Assembly: GCA_963812015.1 (NCBI GenBank)
Contig: CAWETI010000003.1
Location: forward strand, 1,568,001-1,632,000
Length of the DNA: 64,000 nt
Reading direction: 5' to 3'
Origin: an uncultured delta proteobacterium
Lineage (GTDB): Bacteria > Desulfobacterota > Desulfobaccia > Desulfobaccales > 0-14-0-80-60-11
The position numbers and the translations under genes were made by a program. Below, piece after piece: positions 39,235-49,324 of the stretch. Below the pieces are notes generated by a model, which saw nothing but the letters and a program-made list of their open reading frames with translations, ran no database searches and had not been told where the DNA came from. Within the stretch, counting starts at the first letter, position 1. Every line of letters starts with the position of its first letter.

Positions 39235-39262
39235 GAAGCATCCCTGAAGACGATCAACGCGC

Positions 39263-39288
39263 AAGGGCGGCCCCGGGGCCGCCCTTTA
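39263..39288. terminator. Terminator-like hairpin between convergent genes
   Basis: AAGGGCGGCC-CCGG-GGCCGCCCTT followed by TATAGTTTTT. Confidence 0.65.
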
Positions 39289-39372
39289 TAGTTTTTATGG
39301 GCAATTCTTAGGGGAATACACGGCTAAGAGCTGCTTACAAAAAAGCCCCTTTCCCCAACTATTCATGGTCCA

Positions 39373-40131
39373 TTATGCCGCCAAGTGGCATAACCGCCGG
39401 AAGTTGTCCCCCAGGATGGCCCGGGTTTGGGCCTCGGAGAGGTTGAGGCTGAGGATCTTGTCCAGCTCGGCGGCGGGGGTGCTGAAAGGGTAGTCGCTGC
39501 CGAACATCAGGCGGTCGGTGCCGAAGCGCCGGATGAAGTCCTTAATTTCCGGGAGCGCGGCCACCGAGGTGTCGGCATGCACCTGGGGGCGGCGCCACAC
39601 CCCGGCCCGGTCCAGGGCCACGTAGCCCCCGCTCAGTCCCCCCAAATGGGGGATGATCACCGGCAGGTCCGGAGCCAACTTCTCCAGGAAAAATGAGGTA
39701 TTCTCCAGCGACTCTTCCAGAAGGATGGGCAGTTGCCGGTCCCGCACTACCTCGAGGAACTCCCGGCAGCGGGGGTCATTGTAATGGTAGACGGGCTCAT
39801 CGGGGTGGCGGTGCCACTTGATGGCCACGTATTCCGGCCCCAGGTCTTCCCGGGCGAAGTCGTTCCACACGAAAAAATGTGGGTAAATGGCGATCTCCGG
39901 GTCCTTAAGGTCCAGGAGGTATTGGTGGGCCCGGCGGCGGCAGGCCTGCCAGGCGGGCGTGTCGGTGAAATCAGCATCAAAGCGGTTGTAGATGTCCTCC
40001 ACCGGCGGGATGGGCGCGGCCCCGGTGATGCCGGCCTCAAGCAAGAGCGGCCGGATACGGTCCCAGCCCCAGGAGACGTGCTGCACCCCGGTGTGGCAAT
40101 GGCTGTCGATGATCTCAACGTCAACTGGCAT
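39373..40131 (-). CDS. Amidohydrolase-family metallo-hydrolase
   Basis: IDSHCH, IKWH, IIPHLG, LMFGSDYPF, ILGDN..RL. Confidence 0.88.
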   Translation of the reverse strand: MPVDVEIIDSHCHTGVQHVSWGWDRIRPLLLEAGITGAAPIPPVEDIYNRFDADFTDTPAWQACRRRAHQYLLDLKDPEIAIYPHFFVWNDFAREDLGPEYVAIKWHRHPDEPVYHYNDPRCREFLEVVRDRQLPILLEESLENTSFFLEKLAPDLPVIIPHLGGLSGGYVALDRAGVWRRPQVHADTSVAALPEIKDFIRRFGTDRLMFGSDYPFSTPAAELDKILSLNLSEAQTRAILGDNFRRLCHLAA

Positions 40132-40236
40132 GATGAGCCTCCATCCGTTATAAGGGTCCTCCCCGGAAACACCTGAATAAATCGCCCCTGATATTTCCCT
40201 CCCCCGTGGCTGGGAGAGGGTCGCGGAAATCCAACA

Positions 40237-40578
40237 CTAACAGGTTAGGTGCAGGGCCGCGGCCAGGCGGCGCACCCCGCTCAAGTCGTTGATGATCCGA
40301 ACGGCCTCCCCGGTGGGGTGGGCCATCAGCTCCACCCCCCGGCCCTTAAGGTAAGCCGCCAGGGCCGGGTCCACCTGCATTTTTCCGGGCTCCCCCATGC
40401 CCACCACCAGCACCTGGGGGTTCGCGGCCAGGGCCTCGGCCACATCCTCCCGTTGCAGGAAATGGCTCTCCTGGCGCCACCAGTCGCGCTTGATCCGGCC
40501 CGGCCAGACCAGGACGTCGTTCTTGAAGGTCTCTCCGTCAATCACGATGAGCCCAAATTCGTAACGGTCTATATGCAT
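40237..40578 (-). CDS. Mth938-like domain protein
   Basis: IDRYEFGLIVIDG, WWRQESH, LVVGMG..G.M, PT.EAV..N, AALHLTC. Confidence 0.9.
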   Translation of the reverse strand: MHIDRYEFGLIVIDGETFKNDVLVWPGRIKRDWWRQESHFLQREDVAEALAANPQVLVVGMGEPGKMQVDPALAAYLKGRGVELMAHPTGEAVRIINDLSGVRRLAAALHLTC

Positions 40579-40588
40579 ACGGGCCTCT

Positions 40589-41110
40589 CTAAAGGCGGCC
40601 GCCGCGGTAGGGATCAAAGTAGGGCGGCGTGTACCATTTCTCCATGCCGGGAGGGTACCACTCCCGGGGCACGGGATAAAAGAATTTTTCCCAGGTGGGG
40701 AGCGCCACCACCTTTACCTGCCTGGCCTTCAAAAGCAGCCGGCCATTCTTCTCTCCCGCCACTACCCCGGCCACCACCACCTTGCTTTTGGGGAGGAACT
40801 CGTTGGAGTTGAGCCACTGCTCACTCTCCACCAGAAAGGTGCCCCCGGAGGTGGCGCCGATGGGAAAGAGCTTATCGTCCAGTTGCCGCTGGTCCACGCT
40901 CAGCAGGCTGCCGTTGTTCCAGGGCGTCACCTCCATGACCTCGCCCCCCAAGATCTCCAGCCGACCTTGGTACCTTTCCGGATGGGCCGCCAATTCGGCG
41001 AAACTCACCGGCGGACCCGCTTCCTGTTGCAGGCTGGTGGAGATGGCCGGCCCGCATCCCGCCGCCAGGATCAGCCCGAAAATGAGCCCGAAGCTTCCTG
41101 ATAGCCGCAT
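40589..41110 (-). CDS. Slp-family lipoprotein
   Basis: LAAGC lipobox, P..YQG...LGG.V, SGG.FLV, V.VAG.V; Trp/Tyr/Pro-rich tail. Confidence 0.8.
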   Translation of the reverse strand: MRLSGSFGLIFGLILAAGCGPAISTSLQQEAGPPVSFAELAAHPERYQGRLEILGGEVMEVTPWNNGSLLSVDQRQLDDKLFPIGATSGGTFLVESEQWLNSNEFLPKSKVVVAGVVAGEKNGRLLLKARQVKVVALPTWEKFFYPVPREWYPPGMEKWYTPPYFDPYRGGRL

Positions 41111-41356
41111 CCCGTTCTCCTTGCCGGCATGGCTGGTCCTCCTCTGCCGGTCTGAGGTCATTCATCATAATAGTAACTCACTGAGCACCGGATGGCCAGT
41201 AGTTGCCGCTTGTCCGGCTCGGACTTCAGGGACCAGGGGCTGGGGTTATGTGCCAGAACTATTTTTACCAAAATCTCAGGCGGATAATTTCCCCTTCCGG
41301 GCTGAGAGGGGGTGGGGAGAAGGAAAAACTCTTTTCCGAGACAGGGAAATCTCGGA

Positions 41357-41539
41357 TATAGCGTTTGTCACAAATTCATTCCGCTTGCTGATTTATAAAT
41401 CCTCCTAAAGTCCCCCTTTTGCAAAGGGGGACTTTAGAAGCAATTACTCATAATTCCCCCCTTTTCTAAAGAGGGGCAGGGGGAATTTTGGCTTTTGGAG
41501 CATTTCCACTAGCGGAAAAACTTTTTGGCATTAGCTATA
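41357..41539. mobile_element. MITE-like element with TATAGC ends carrying CCCCCTTT..AAAGGGGG palindromes
   Basis: TATAGCGTTTGTCACAAA ... TTTTTGGCATTAGCTATA imperfect IR; inside AAAGTCCCCCTTTGCAAAGGGGGACTTT. Related palindromes at ~42630-42662 and 56629-56730. Confidence 0.55.
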
Positions 41540-41628
41540 ACTTTTGCATCCCCACCTCAATCAGTTTTACTGATTACTGGCCGCTGACTACTCTTTGCCG
41601 GCGGGGCGGGATATGCTAAAGTGCTCCC

Positions 41629-42399
41629 ATGCAAGAGAAACGGAGCAAGGTGGAGCAGGCCGCCCGGGCCTGCCTGGACCGGGTGGCCGTGGTCCTGTTT
41701 CGCCCCCGGCTGGCCGAGAACATCGGCGCCGCGGCTCGGGCCGCCTGTAACATGGGTCTGCGCCGCCTGGTGGTGGTGCAGGCCGAGGACCTGGACCGGC
41801 CCCGCATGGCCATGATGGCCACCGGCTCGGCCGCGGCGCTCCTGGAAACGATGGAGGTCCACGATGACCTGGCCAGGGCCCTCAGCCCCTTTCAGTATAT
41901 CGTAGGCACCACCGCCCGGCTGGGGGGTGTCCGCAACGACTATTTTTCCCCCCGGGAAATGGCCGCCCGCCTCGTGGAAGTCTCCGCCCACAACGATGTC
42001 GCCCTGCTCTTCGGGCCGGAGAACTGGGGCCTCACCAACGACGAGCTGCCCTTCTGCCACGCCCTGGTCACCATCCCCACCGCGGACTGCTCCTCCCTGA
42101 ACCTGGCCCAGGCCGTCATGGTCATGGCCTATGAGCTGTTCACCGCGGTGAGCGTCAAACCCCACTTCGTGCCCCGCCTGGCCAACTCCCGGGAGCTGGA
42201 ATCCATGTACGCCATGCTCCAGGAGACCCTCTTAAAGATCAACTTCATCAGCCACCAGAACCCGGAACACTGGATGTTCAACGTCCGCCGGCTCTTCGCC
42301 CGCCACGGCCTTAGGGCCCGGGAGGCCCAGGTGATCAAAGGCATCTGCCGCCAGATCGACTGGTACGTGGGAAAACGTTTGGAAGAAATGAAGAAATAG
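41629..42399 (+). CDS. trmJ: SPOUT tRNA/rRNA methyltransferase (TrmJ/LasT family)
   Basis: ENIGAAARA..NMG, GTTAR, LFGPENWGLTNDEL, SLNLAQAV..YE. Confidence 0.9.
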   Translation: MQEKRSKVEQAARACLDRVAVVLFRPRLAENIGAAARAACNMGLRRLVVVQAEDLDRPRMAMMATGSAAALLETMEVHDDLARALSPFQYIVGTTARLGGVRNDYFSPREMAARLVEVSAHNDVALLFGPENWGLTNDELPFCHALVTIPTADCSSLNLAQAVMVMAYELFTAVSVKPHFVPRLANSRELESMYAMLQETLLKINFISHQNPEHWMFNVRRLFARHGLRAREAQVIKGICRQIDWYVGKRLEEMKK

Positions 42400-42410
42400 A
42401 GACAAATTAT

Positions 42411-42545
42411 GAGAACCTATTTCAAAACCTCTTTTTGGGCCCGTTTGTCATTCTGAGCGAAGCGAAGAATCTTTTCTTTCCCATAACCTATACCCCTCGC
42501 GGGCGCTCAGGCTAACACAATCAACTGGTTTTGAAATAACTTCTC
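42411..42545. mobile_element. MITE-like element with 19-bp terminal inverted repeats and an internal palindromic repeat
   Basis: GAGAACCTATTTCAAAACC ... GGTTTTGAAATAACTTCTC (17/19); inside GTCATTCTGAGCGAAGCGAAGAATCT at 42447 with a decayed partner arm. Confidence 0.65.
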
Positions 42546-42725
42546 GGGTGTTCCCCAAACCTCAGAACTTTTGTGAAGTTTTCTTTTTCTCGAGGGAGAT
42601 TTAAGGGCATTATTAAGGAGTTATAGGTAATCTCTCCAGGCCCGCCTTTAATAAAAGGGGGAATTAACGCCTTAAACCCCTTCAAAAGTTTCAAATCAAA
42701 GTCTATGGAATTAGGCGACGCATCA

Positions 42726-43562
42726 CTAAGGCTTATAGTACATCAACTGCCGGGCAAACGGCTCTACGGCCGCTTCCAGGCGGCGCTGCTCCTCCGGGGT
42801 CATGGGCACGAAGTCCCGGACCGCCGCGGCCAGTTCCGCCACCTGTTTGGCGGAGTCGGCCCCCACCACCGCCAGGGTGACGGACTGGCTGAGGGCGTAG
42901 GCCAGCAGTTCCCCCACCAGCTTGCCGGGTTCATCCGACAGTTGGGGCAGCTGCCCCCGGCAGAGGGTTTTCATGGCGATGATCCCCATGCCCTTGGCCA
43001 TAGCCTCCTGGGCCACGGGCAGAAAACTGGCCAGATGCGGTTCCGCCGGGTTCACCGGCAGGAGCACCGTGTCAAACTCATATAATTCCAGGGCCCGGCG
43101 CAGGACTGCCGGGTCGTGGTGGCCGGTAATGCCGATGAACCGCACCCAGCCTCGTTCCCGGGCATGGTGCATCGCCTCCAGCACCCCGCTGGGAGCCCCG
43201 ATGGCCGCGACTTCGTCCATGGTCCGGATATCGTGCACCTGCCACAGGTCCAGATAATCCGTATTGAGATTCTTTAGGGTGATGCTGAGGTGGGCCATGG
43301 CCTCGTTGAAAGTCCGGCCATGAGATTTGCTGGTCAGGAAGATCCGGTCCCGGTGACCTTTGAGGCTGCGGCCCAGGTAGGCCTCGCTGCCGGAGTAGGC
43401 CCGGGCGGTTTCAAAATAATTGATCCCCGCTTCCAGGGCCGCCTGGATGACGGCCTCGGCCTGGTGGTCGTAACCGAAGGTCCGCAATATGCCTTCGCCT
43501 CCCAGGCCCAGCATGGTGGCGGCGTGGCCGGTGCGTCCCAGGGGCCTTTGGGGTAATGTCAT
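42726..43562 (-). CDS. Aldo/keto reductase
   Basis: RPLGRTG..LGLGG, GINYFETARAY..SE, TSK, L.TDYLDLWQVH, RFIGITGH, IIAMK. Confidence 0.92.
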   Translation of the reverse strand: MTLPQRPLGRTGHAATMLGLGGEGILRTFGYDHQAEAVIQAALEAGINYFETARAYSGSEAYLGRSLKGHRDRIFLTSKSHGRTFNEAMAHLSITLKNLNTDYLDLWQVHDIRTMDEVAAIGAPSGVLEAMHHARERGWVRFIGITGHHDPAVLRRALELYEFDTVLLPVNPAEPHLASFLPVAQEAMAKGMGIIAMKTLCRGQLPQLSDEPGKLVGELLAYALSQSVTLAVVGADSAKQVAELAAAVRDFVPMTPEEQRRLEAAVEPFARQLMYYKP

Positions 43563-43812
43563 AAAACTCCTCCTTGCCAAAATATGCGACCGGGCTCAGA
43601 TTGAAGCCATCATTATTAAGATTAAGGTAAATTATCCGCCTCAGAACCGGCTGAGGCGAAGAAAGGTGATCCGCCCGGAAATCCCTCTGCGAGCGAAAAA
43701 TAAGCGGGGTGAGCAGAGTCTGGGCAGGGTTGCGGTCCTCCCCGGGGCATTTCGGCTCTGCCGCTCACGATCCGCCTTGACAAGGCAATACTGCCTGTTA
43801 TGGTAATATAAG

Positions 43813-45663
43813 ATGTCTGAACCCGATGTAAAGCCCGCTTCACCGTATCCAGCCCTGGCCGCGGCCATGCCCCGCATTCCCAAGGGTAGCGGGGTCTATC
43901 TGTTCAAGGAGGCCGGCGGCCGGGTGCTCTACGTGGGCAAGGCGGTGAACCTGAAGCATCGCCTGGCTTCCTATCTCAAGACGCCGGCCCGGCACGACCC
44001 CAAGACCGCCCTGATGTTGAGGAAAATGGCCCAGGTGGACGTGATCCTCACCCCCACGGGCCGGGAAGCCCTCATCCTGGAGCGCAACCTCATCAAGGCG
44101 CACCGTCCCCGGTACAACGTCATGCTTCGGGATGACAAGAATTATCTCTGCCTGCGCCTGGATCTCAAGGAAAGCTTCCCTGCCCTCCGGTTCGTGCGGC
44201 GCTTCCACCCGGACGGGGCCCTCTATTTCGGTCCCTATGCCTCCGCCGGCATGGCTCGGGAAACCCTGAAGGTGATGAAGCAGGCTTTTGGGGTGCGCAC
44301 TTGCAAGGAGCGCCGCCTGGCCCCCCGCTCCCGCCCCTGCCTGGAGTTCCAACTGGCCCATTGCCTGGGACCCTGCGCCGGACTGGTGACCGAGGCGGCT
44401 TACCGGCAAGCGGTCGCCGAAGCCATCCTCTTTCTCAAGGGCCGGGGCGGCAACCTCGTGAAACGGCTTAAGGCTCAGATGGCCCAGGCCGCCGCCGATC
44501 TGGATTTTGAGCGGGCCGCCAGCCTCCGGGACCGGATCAAGGCCATCACCGAGACCCTGGAGCGCCAGGACATGGCCCGGCCCAATTTCCGGGATCAGGA
44601 CGTCCTGGGCCTGGCGGAAGACGCCGGTCAAGCCCTCATCGCGGTGCTCCTGGTGCGGGCCGGCTTGGTCACCGGCGGCCGGGAATATTTTTTCCCGGAA
44701 CTCCCTCCCGACGGCGATCTGCTGGGGGCCTTCCTCAAACAGTATTATACCGAGGGCCGGCCCTTGCCCCATGAACTGCTGCTGCCCCATGACGTTCCGG
44801 ACCGCCGGCTCCTGGAGGCTTTGTTTAGCGACGAGAAGGGCTCACCGGTGCGCCTGTTGGTGGCCCCGGGGGGTGAGAAGGCCAGGCTCCTCGCCATGGC
44901 CGCGGACAATGCCCGGGATGCCCTGCGACGCCGCCGGAGTCCCCCGAAGCCCGAAACGGCCCTCTTGGACCTTAAAACCCGCCTCCAACTGGACCGCCTC
45001 CCCGCCCGGCTAGAGTGTCTGGACATCTCCACCCTCCAGGGGGAGCAACCGGTGGGAGCCCTGGTGGCCTTCACCGACGGGGTCCCGGATAAATCCCGCT
45101 ATCGCCGCTTTAAGATCAGGGAAGTGGCGGGCCAGGACGATTATGCCATGCTCCGGGAGGTGGTGGGGCGGCACTACGGCAAGAAAGACCAGGAATTGCC
45201 GGACCTGTTGGTGGTGGACGGCGGCCGGGGCCAGCTCAACGTAGTCCTGCAGACCCTCAAGGAACTGGCCCTTACCGAAATCCCGGTGGTGGGCCTGGCT
45301 AAAGCAACGGAGCAGGGCGGCCGCCCCATACGAGACCGCCTCTTCCTGCCGGGGCGGGTGAATCCCCTCCTGCCGCCGGCCAACGCCCCGGGCTGGCTGC
45401 TCCTCCTCCGGCTCCGGGACGAGACTCACCGCTTCGCCATCACCTACCACCGGAAAAGGGCGAGAAAAGAAATGCTGGCCTCGGCCTTACAAAAAGCCCC
45501 GGGCATCGGCCCCGTCAGGCGCCGGCGCTTGCTTTCGCATTTCCCCAACCTGGAGGCCGTCAAGGCCGCCAACGCTGTGGAACTGGCGGCCCTGCCGGGC
45601 TTTAATCAAAAAGTCGCGGAGAGCTTAAAAGAGTGCCTGGCGGAGGAAGGGGAGGGCATGTAG
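43813..45663 (+). CDS. uvrC: Excinuclease ABC subunit C
   Basis: GVYLF..YVGKA (GIY-YIG), PRYN.MLRDDK.Y, UVR FERAA.LRD, ECLDIS, VDGGRGQL, RDETHRFA, HhH PGIG. Confidence 0.97.
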   Translation: MSEPDVKPASPYPALAAAMPRIPKGSGVYLFKEAGGRVLYVGKAVNLKHRLASYLKTPARHDPKTALMLRKMAQVDVILTPTGREALILERNLIKAHRPRYNVMLRDDKNYLCLRLDLKESFPALRFVRRFHPDGALYFGPYASAGMARETLKVMKQAFGVRTCKERRLAPRSRPCLEFQLAHCLGPCAGLVTEAAYRQAVAEAILFLKGRGGNLVKRLKAQMAQAAADLDFERAASLRDRIKAITETLERQDMARPNFRDQDVLGLAEDAGQALIAVLLVRAGLVTGGREYFFPELPPDGDLLGAFLKQYYTEGRPLPHELLLPHDVPDRRLLEALFSDEKGSPVRLLVAPGGEKARLLAMAADNARDALRRRRSPPKPETALLDLKTRLQLDRLPARLECLDISTLQGEQPVGALVAFTDGVPDKSRYRRFKIREVAGQDDYAMLREVVGRHYGKKDQELPDLLVVDGGRGQLNVVLQTLKELALTEIPVVGLAKATEQGGRPIRDRLFLPGRVNPLLPPANAPGWLLLLRLRDETHRFAITYHRKRARKEMLASALQKAPGIGPVRRRRLLSHFPNLEAVKAANAVELAALPGFNQKVAESLKECLAEEGEGM

Positions 45664-45868
45664 GGGCGGGTTTAAAACCCGCCCCTACCGGTAAATCACG
45701 TGAGAAGGTGGTAAGGCCCACCAGATGTAGGGCGGGCACTGCCCGCCATCTTCACAGGCTGGAAGCCTGTGCCACTGATGGATTTTTCCAGGGAAAAGGG
45801 CCGTGGCCCGCGCTGGTGACCTCCCCCGCCACGGGGCCGGGGGCAACCCTGGGATTTTGCCGCTTGCC

Positions 45869-45982
45869 TCACGGCTTCATGATATCGTTAAAAAGTTCTT
45901 CCGCCTGCTGCGGATCATATCGCCGCAACTCCTTGAGCGCCTCCAGGGCGCTAACGCGGTTAACTGATTTGGCATATGCAAA
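45869..45982 (-). pseudogene. Orphan C-terminal gene stub (TPR-like terminal helix)
   Basis: Startless frame FAYAKSVNRVSALEALKELRRYDPQQAEELFNDIMKP* in host-like GC composition, directly after an in-frame TAA. Confidence 0.6.
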
Positions 45983-46033
45983 TTAAATCTTTAGATTTGT
46001 CCTTTAGCCAATTTGGCCGAAAGATAATACTGG

Positions 46034-47064
46034 TCAAGGAGAAGTGAAATCCTCAGCTAATTTAAATCTCGCATAGCCCCTACGCCCTGCTTTATCAACC
46101 GAATATCCCTCCATAATATCATTGCGCAATTTCAGGAAAAAATCATCAGTGACCCACCATGAGGCGGTGGGATTGCTGCAGTGAATAACCACATTATTAT
46201 CCTTAATGGTTAACAAACCATCAAAGGATACGGTTCTTTGAATATTTTTTCATTCGAATATCTTATTGTAATCCTAGTAAGATACCGATTCTTTTCTAAT
46301 TCCTCTTGTATCTCTAATGTCCCCTGATAGTAATATTGTGACTTCCATTCAATTAGCCAGTGTCGCCCAATACCAAGCGGATCTAATGATTCCTTAGTTG
46401 GTTGAAAAGTTGGTATAGGGCGTTCCAGAATTTTTCCCATGGCGACCTGGCCGATCCACTCCACCGGCAGGGCGAAATTCAGACTTTGGCTATCCTTCAG
46501 GTAGAAGGTGGTGATTCCCACCAGCTCTCCTTCGGCGTTGAACAGGCCGCCGCCGCTGGAACCCTTGGAGATGGCCACCGTGGTTTGAATAATGGGCGGC
46601 GGGTCGCCGCGCAGTTGGGAAACGATGCCTTCGGACAGGGACAGTTCCAGCCCCTGGGGCGCGCCCACGGCATAGACCGGCTCCCCCACCTTGAGTTTCA
46701 CCGCTTGGCCCAGGCGGGCCGGTTTGGCCGTCAGCCCAGTTGCTTTAAGCAGACAGAGGTCCTTTTGGGGATCGCCCGCTTTCAAGGTGGCTGGCATGCC
46801 TTTCTTGCCCTGGCCCACCATATACCGCACCCCCGACTTGACCACATGGTAATTGGTGATGACGTCGCCGGACGGTAGCATGACCCCGCTGCCCAGCCCC
46901 ACCGGTTTACCCTGCTGGTCGTAGGCCTTGACCACCACCACCGAGTCTTTCACCTGCTCATAAACCTGGCTCGCGGTGAGCGCCAGCGCCGATTGCGGCA
47001 ACCCGGCCATCAAAGTAAGGAGGATGAACAACAATCTATAAGAGACCGCCAATCGTGACCACAT
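46034..47064 (-). CDS. Secreted trypsin-like serine protease with an AT-rich C-terminal domain split by a frameshift
   Basis: Signal peptide (ALA), TNYHV / DLCLL / GSSGG triad; the frame stops at 46210 but continues in another frame to 46034 across an A6 tract at 46245-46250. Confidence 0.85.
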
Positions 47065-47241
47065 GGCTCTCCTCCCTGGTCGCCGTTGCGAGCCGGTTTG
47101 CCGCAAATGATACCTTTGGCAGTATATGCACAAAAAAATAAGGTGGGCAATGGCCACCCTACAATTTCTTATGGGATTGGGGTGGGGGTTTGGGGGAGGG
47201 GAAAGGGCTCTCGCCCTTTGCCCCTTCCCCAAAATTTTTCC

Positions 47242-48012
47242 TCAGTGCCGCGACTCCGAGGCGGTCATCGTTTCGATCTGCTCTTGGGTCAGGCCGAAGC
47301 GCCGATCCCGCTGCTGGTAGGTTTCCAGGGCTTTAAGAAACGCTTCTTCCCGGAAGTCGGGCCACAGGGTCTCGGTGACGTACAGTTCGGTATAGGCCGA
47401 CTGCCAGAGGAGGAAGTTGCTCAGGCGATATTCGCCGCTGGTGCGGATCAGGAGGTCCGGGTCGGGCATCCCGGCAGTATAGAGGTAGCGGGAAAACAAG
47501 GCGGCGTCGATGTCCTCGGGTTTAAGCCGCCCCGCCGCAATATCCTGGGCCATGGTTTGAACGGCATGTACGATTTCGCTGCGCCCGCCATAGCTCAAGG
47601 CCAGGGTCAGGTCCATCCGGGTGCCTGCGGCAGTGGCCGCAATGGTATATTCCAGTTCCTGCAGCACCCTCTCGGGCAACAGCTTCAGGTTGCCGATGGC
47701 CTTGAGGGCAATCTGGTTGGCCTTCATCTCCGCCAAATCCCGGCGCAAATAACTCCGCATCAGGGCCATCAAGACCCGGATCTCCATGCGGGGCCGCCGC
47801 CAGTTCTCTTCGGAAAAGGCAAACAGGGTGAGGTGGGAGATGCCCAAGTCGTGGGCCAGGCGGGTCACCACCCGGACCGACTCAATCCCGGCCACGTGGC
47901 CCCGGACCCGCATCAGGCCTCGGCGCTGGGCCCAGCGCCCGTTGCCGTCCATGATGATGGCGACGTGGCGGGGAAGTTTTTTGGGGTCCAAAGGCATAGA
48001 ATATTCAGTCAA
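47242..48012 (-). CDS. uppS: Undecaprenyl diphosphate synthase
   Basis: HVAIIMDGNGRWA, FAFSEENWRRP, SYGGR, DLLIRTSGE.RLSNFLLWQ, RRFG. Confidence 0.97.
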   Translation of the reverse strand: MTEYSMPLDPKKLPRHVAIIMDGNGRWAQRRGLMRVRGHVAGIESVRVVTRLAHDLGISHLTLFAFSEENWRRPRMEIRVLMALMRSYLRRDLAEMKANQIALKAIGNLKLLPERVLQELEYTIAATAAGTRMDLTLALSYGGRSEIVHAVQTMAQDIAAGRLKPEDIDAALFSRYLYTAGMPDPDLLIRTSGEYRLSNFLLWQSAYTELYVTETLWPDFREEAFLKALETYQQRDRRFGLTQEQIETMTASESRH

Positions 48013-48029
48013 CGCTGCCCTCCGGCCCC

Positions 48030-48587
48030 TTAAAAGGACATGATCTCCTTTTCTTTTTCGGCTCCCTGGGCTTCCACTTTCTTGATATATTCATCCGTGA
48101 CCTTCTGGACCTCATCCTGGCCCCGGTGGGCTTCGTCTTCGGGAAGGAGCTTCTCCTTCTTCATCTCCTTGAAATCCTCATTGGCTTCCCGGCGGACGTT
48201 GCGCAAGGCCACCTTGGCCTCTTCCTCCATTTTTTTCACCATCTTCGCCAGGTCCTTCCGGCGTTCGGTGGTGAGGGCCGGAATCGGCAGGCGGATGATC
48301 TTGCCGTCGTTGGCGGGATTCAACCCCAGGTCGGACTTGAGAATGGCCTTTTCGATATCCCCCATCACGGAGGAATCCCAGGGTTGGATGGTGAGCAGGC
48401 GGCTCTCCGGCGCCGCCAGGGAAGCCACCTGGTCCAGGGGCATGGAGGTGCCGTAACAGTCTACCTTGATGCCTTCCAGCAAGGCCACGGAGGCCCGTCC
48501 GGTGCGCACCCGGGAGAGGTCCTTGGCCATAGCCTCCAGGACCTTGTCCATCTTGCGTCTGGTTTCCTTGAGAACCTCATCTTTCAT
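48030..48587 (-). CDS. frr: Ribosome recycling factor
   Basis: VRTGRAS, IQPWD, LGLNP.NDG, LT.ERRK, KEKEIM. Confidence 0.97.
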   Translation of the reverse strand: MKDEVLKETRRKMDKVLEAMAKDLSRVRTGRASVALLEGIKVDCYGTSMPLDQVASLAAPESRLLTIQPWDSSVMGDIEKAILKSDLGLNPANDGKIIRLPIPALTTERRKDLAKMVKKMEEEAKVALRNVRREANEDFKEMKKEKLLPEDEAHRGQDEVQKVTDEYIKKVEAQGAEKEKEIMSF

Positions 48588-49314
48588 CGCCGCGCTTCTC
48601 CACGATGGTGCCCACCGTTTCTCCGAGCACCACTTTCTTCATATTTCCCGGCTCCAGCAATTTGAAAACGATGATAGGGATATTCTGTTCCATGGCCATG
48701 GTGATGGCGGTGCTGTCCATGACCCGGAGGGATTTTTCCAGAACCTCGAAATAAGTCAGGCGGGGGATCATCTGGGCCCGGGCGTCTTTTTCCGGGTCGG
48801 CGTCATAGATGCCCGGCACCCTGGTGCCCTTGAGGATGGCGTCGGCCCCGATCTCGGTGGCCCGCAAGGCCGCGGCGGTATCCGTGGTGAAATAAGGGCT
48901 GCCGGTGCCGGCTCCGAACACCACGATCCGGCCCTTTTCCAGGTGGCGCATGGCCCGGCGGCGGATATAGGGCTCCGCCACTTCGTTCATGGTGATGGCG
49001 CTCATTACCCGGGTGGGCACCCCGGACTTTTCCAGGGCGTCCTGGAGGGCAAGGGCATTGATGACGGTGGCCAGCATCCCCATGTTGTCGGCCACGGCCC
49101 GGTCAATCCCCTGGGCGCTGGCTTCCAGCCCCCGGAAGATGTTGCCGCCGCCCACCACGATGCCGATCTCCACCTTCAGGTCCACCACGGTTTTGATTTC
49201 CCGGGCGATGGCTTGCAGAGTGGCCGGGTCCAGGCCGAATTTCTTCTCCCCGGCCAGGCTTTCGCCGCTGACCTTGAGGAGGAGGCGGCGGTATTTGACG
49301 GTCTCCGGCGCCAT
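48577..49314 (-). CDS. pyrH: UMP kinase
   Basis: [37 protein letters not shown]. Confidence 0.97.
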   Translation of the reverse strand: MAPETVKYRRLLLKVSGESLAGEKKFGLDPATLQAIAREIKTVVDLKVEIGIVVGGGNIFRGLEASAQGIDRAVADNMGMLATVINALALQDALEKSGVPTRVMSAITMNEVAEPYIRRRAMRHLEKGRIVVFGAGTGSPYFTTDTAAALRATEIGADAILKGTRVPGIYDADPEKDARAQMIPRLTYFEVLEKSLRVMDSTAITMAMEQNIPIIVFKLLEPGNMKKVVLGETVGTIVEKRGDER

Positions 49315-49324
49315 GGGGCCTCGC

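Noticed and set aside
46210..47232. Extended N-termini in the ORF track (also ribBA, ribH, tsf, rpsB, ArnT, nuoEF)
   Set aside because: The extensions run through intergenic repeats or leaders; downstream starts fit the RBS and family N-termini better.
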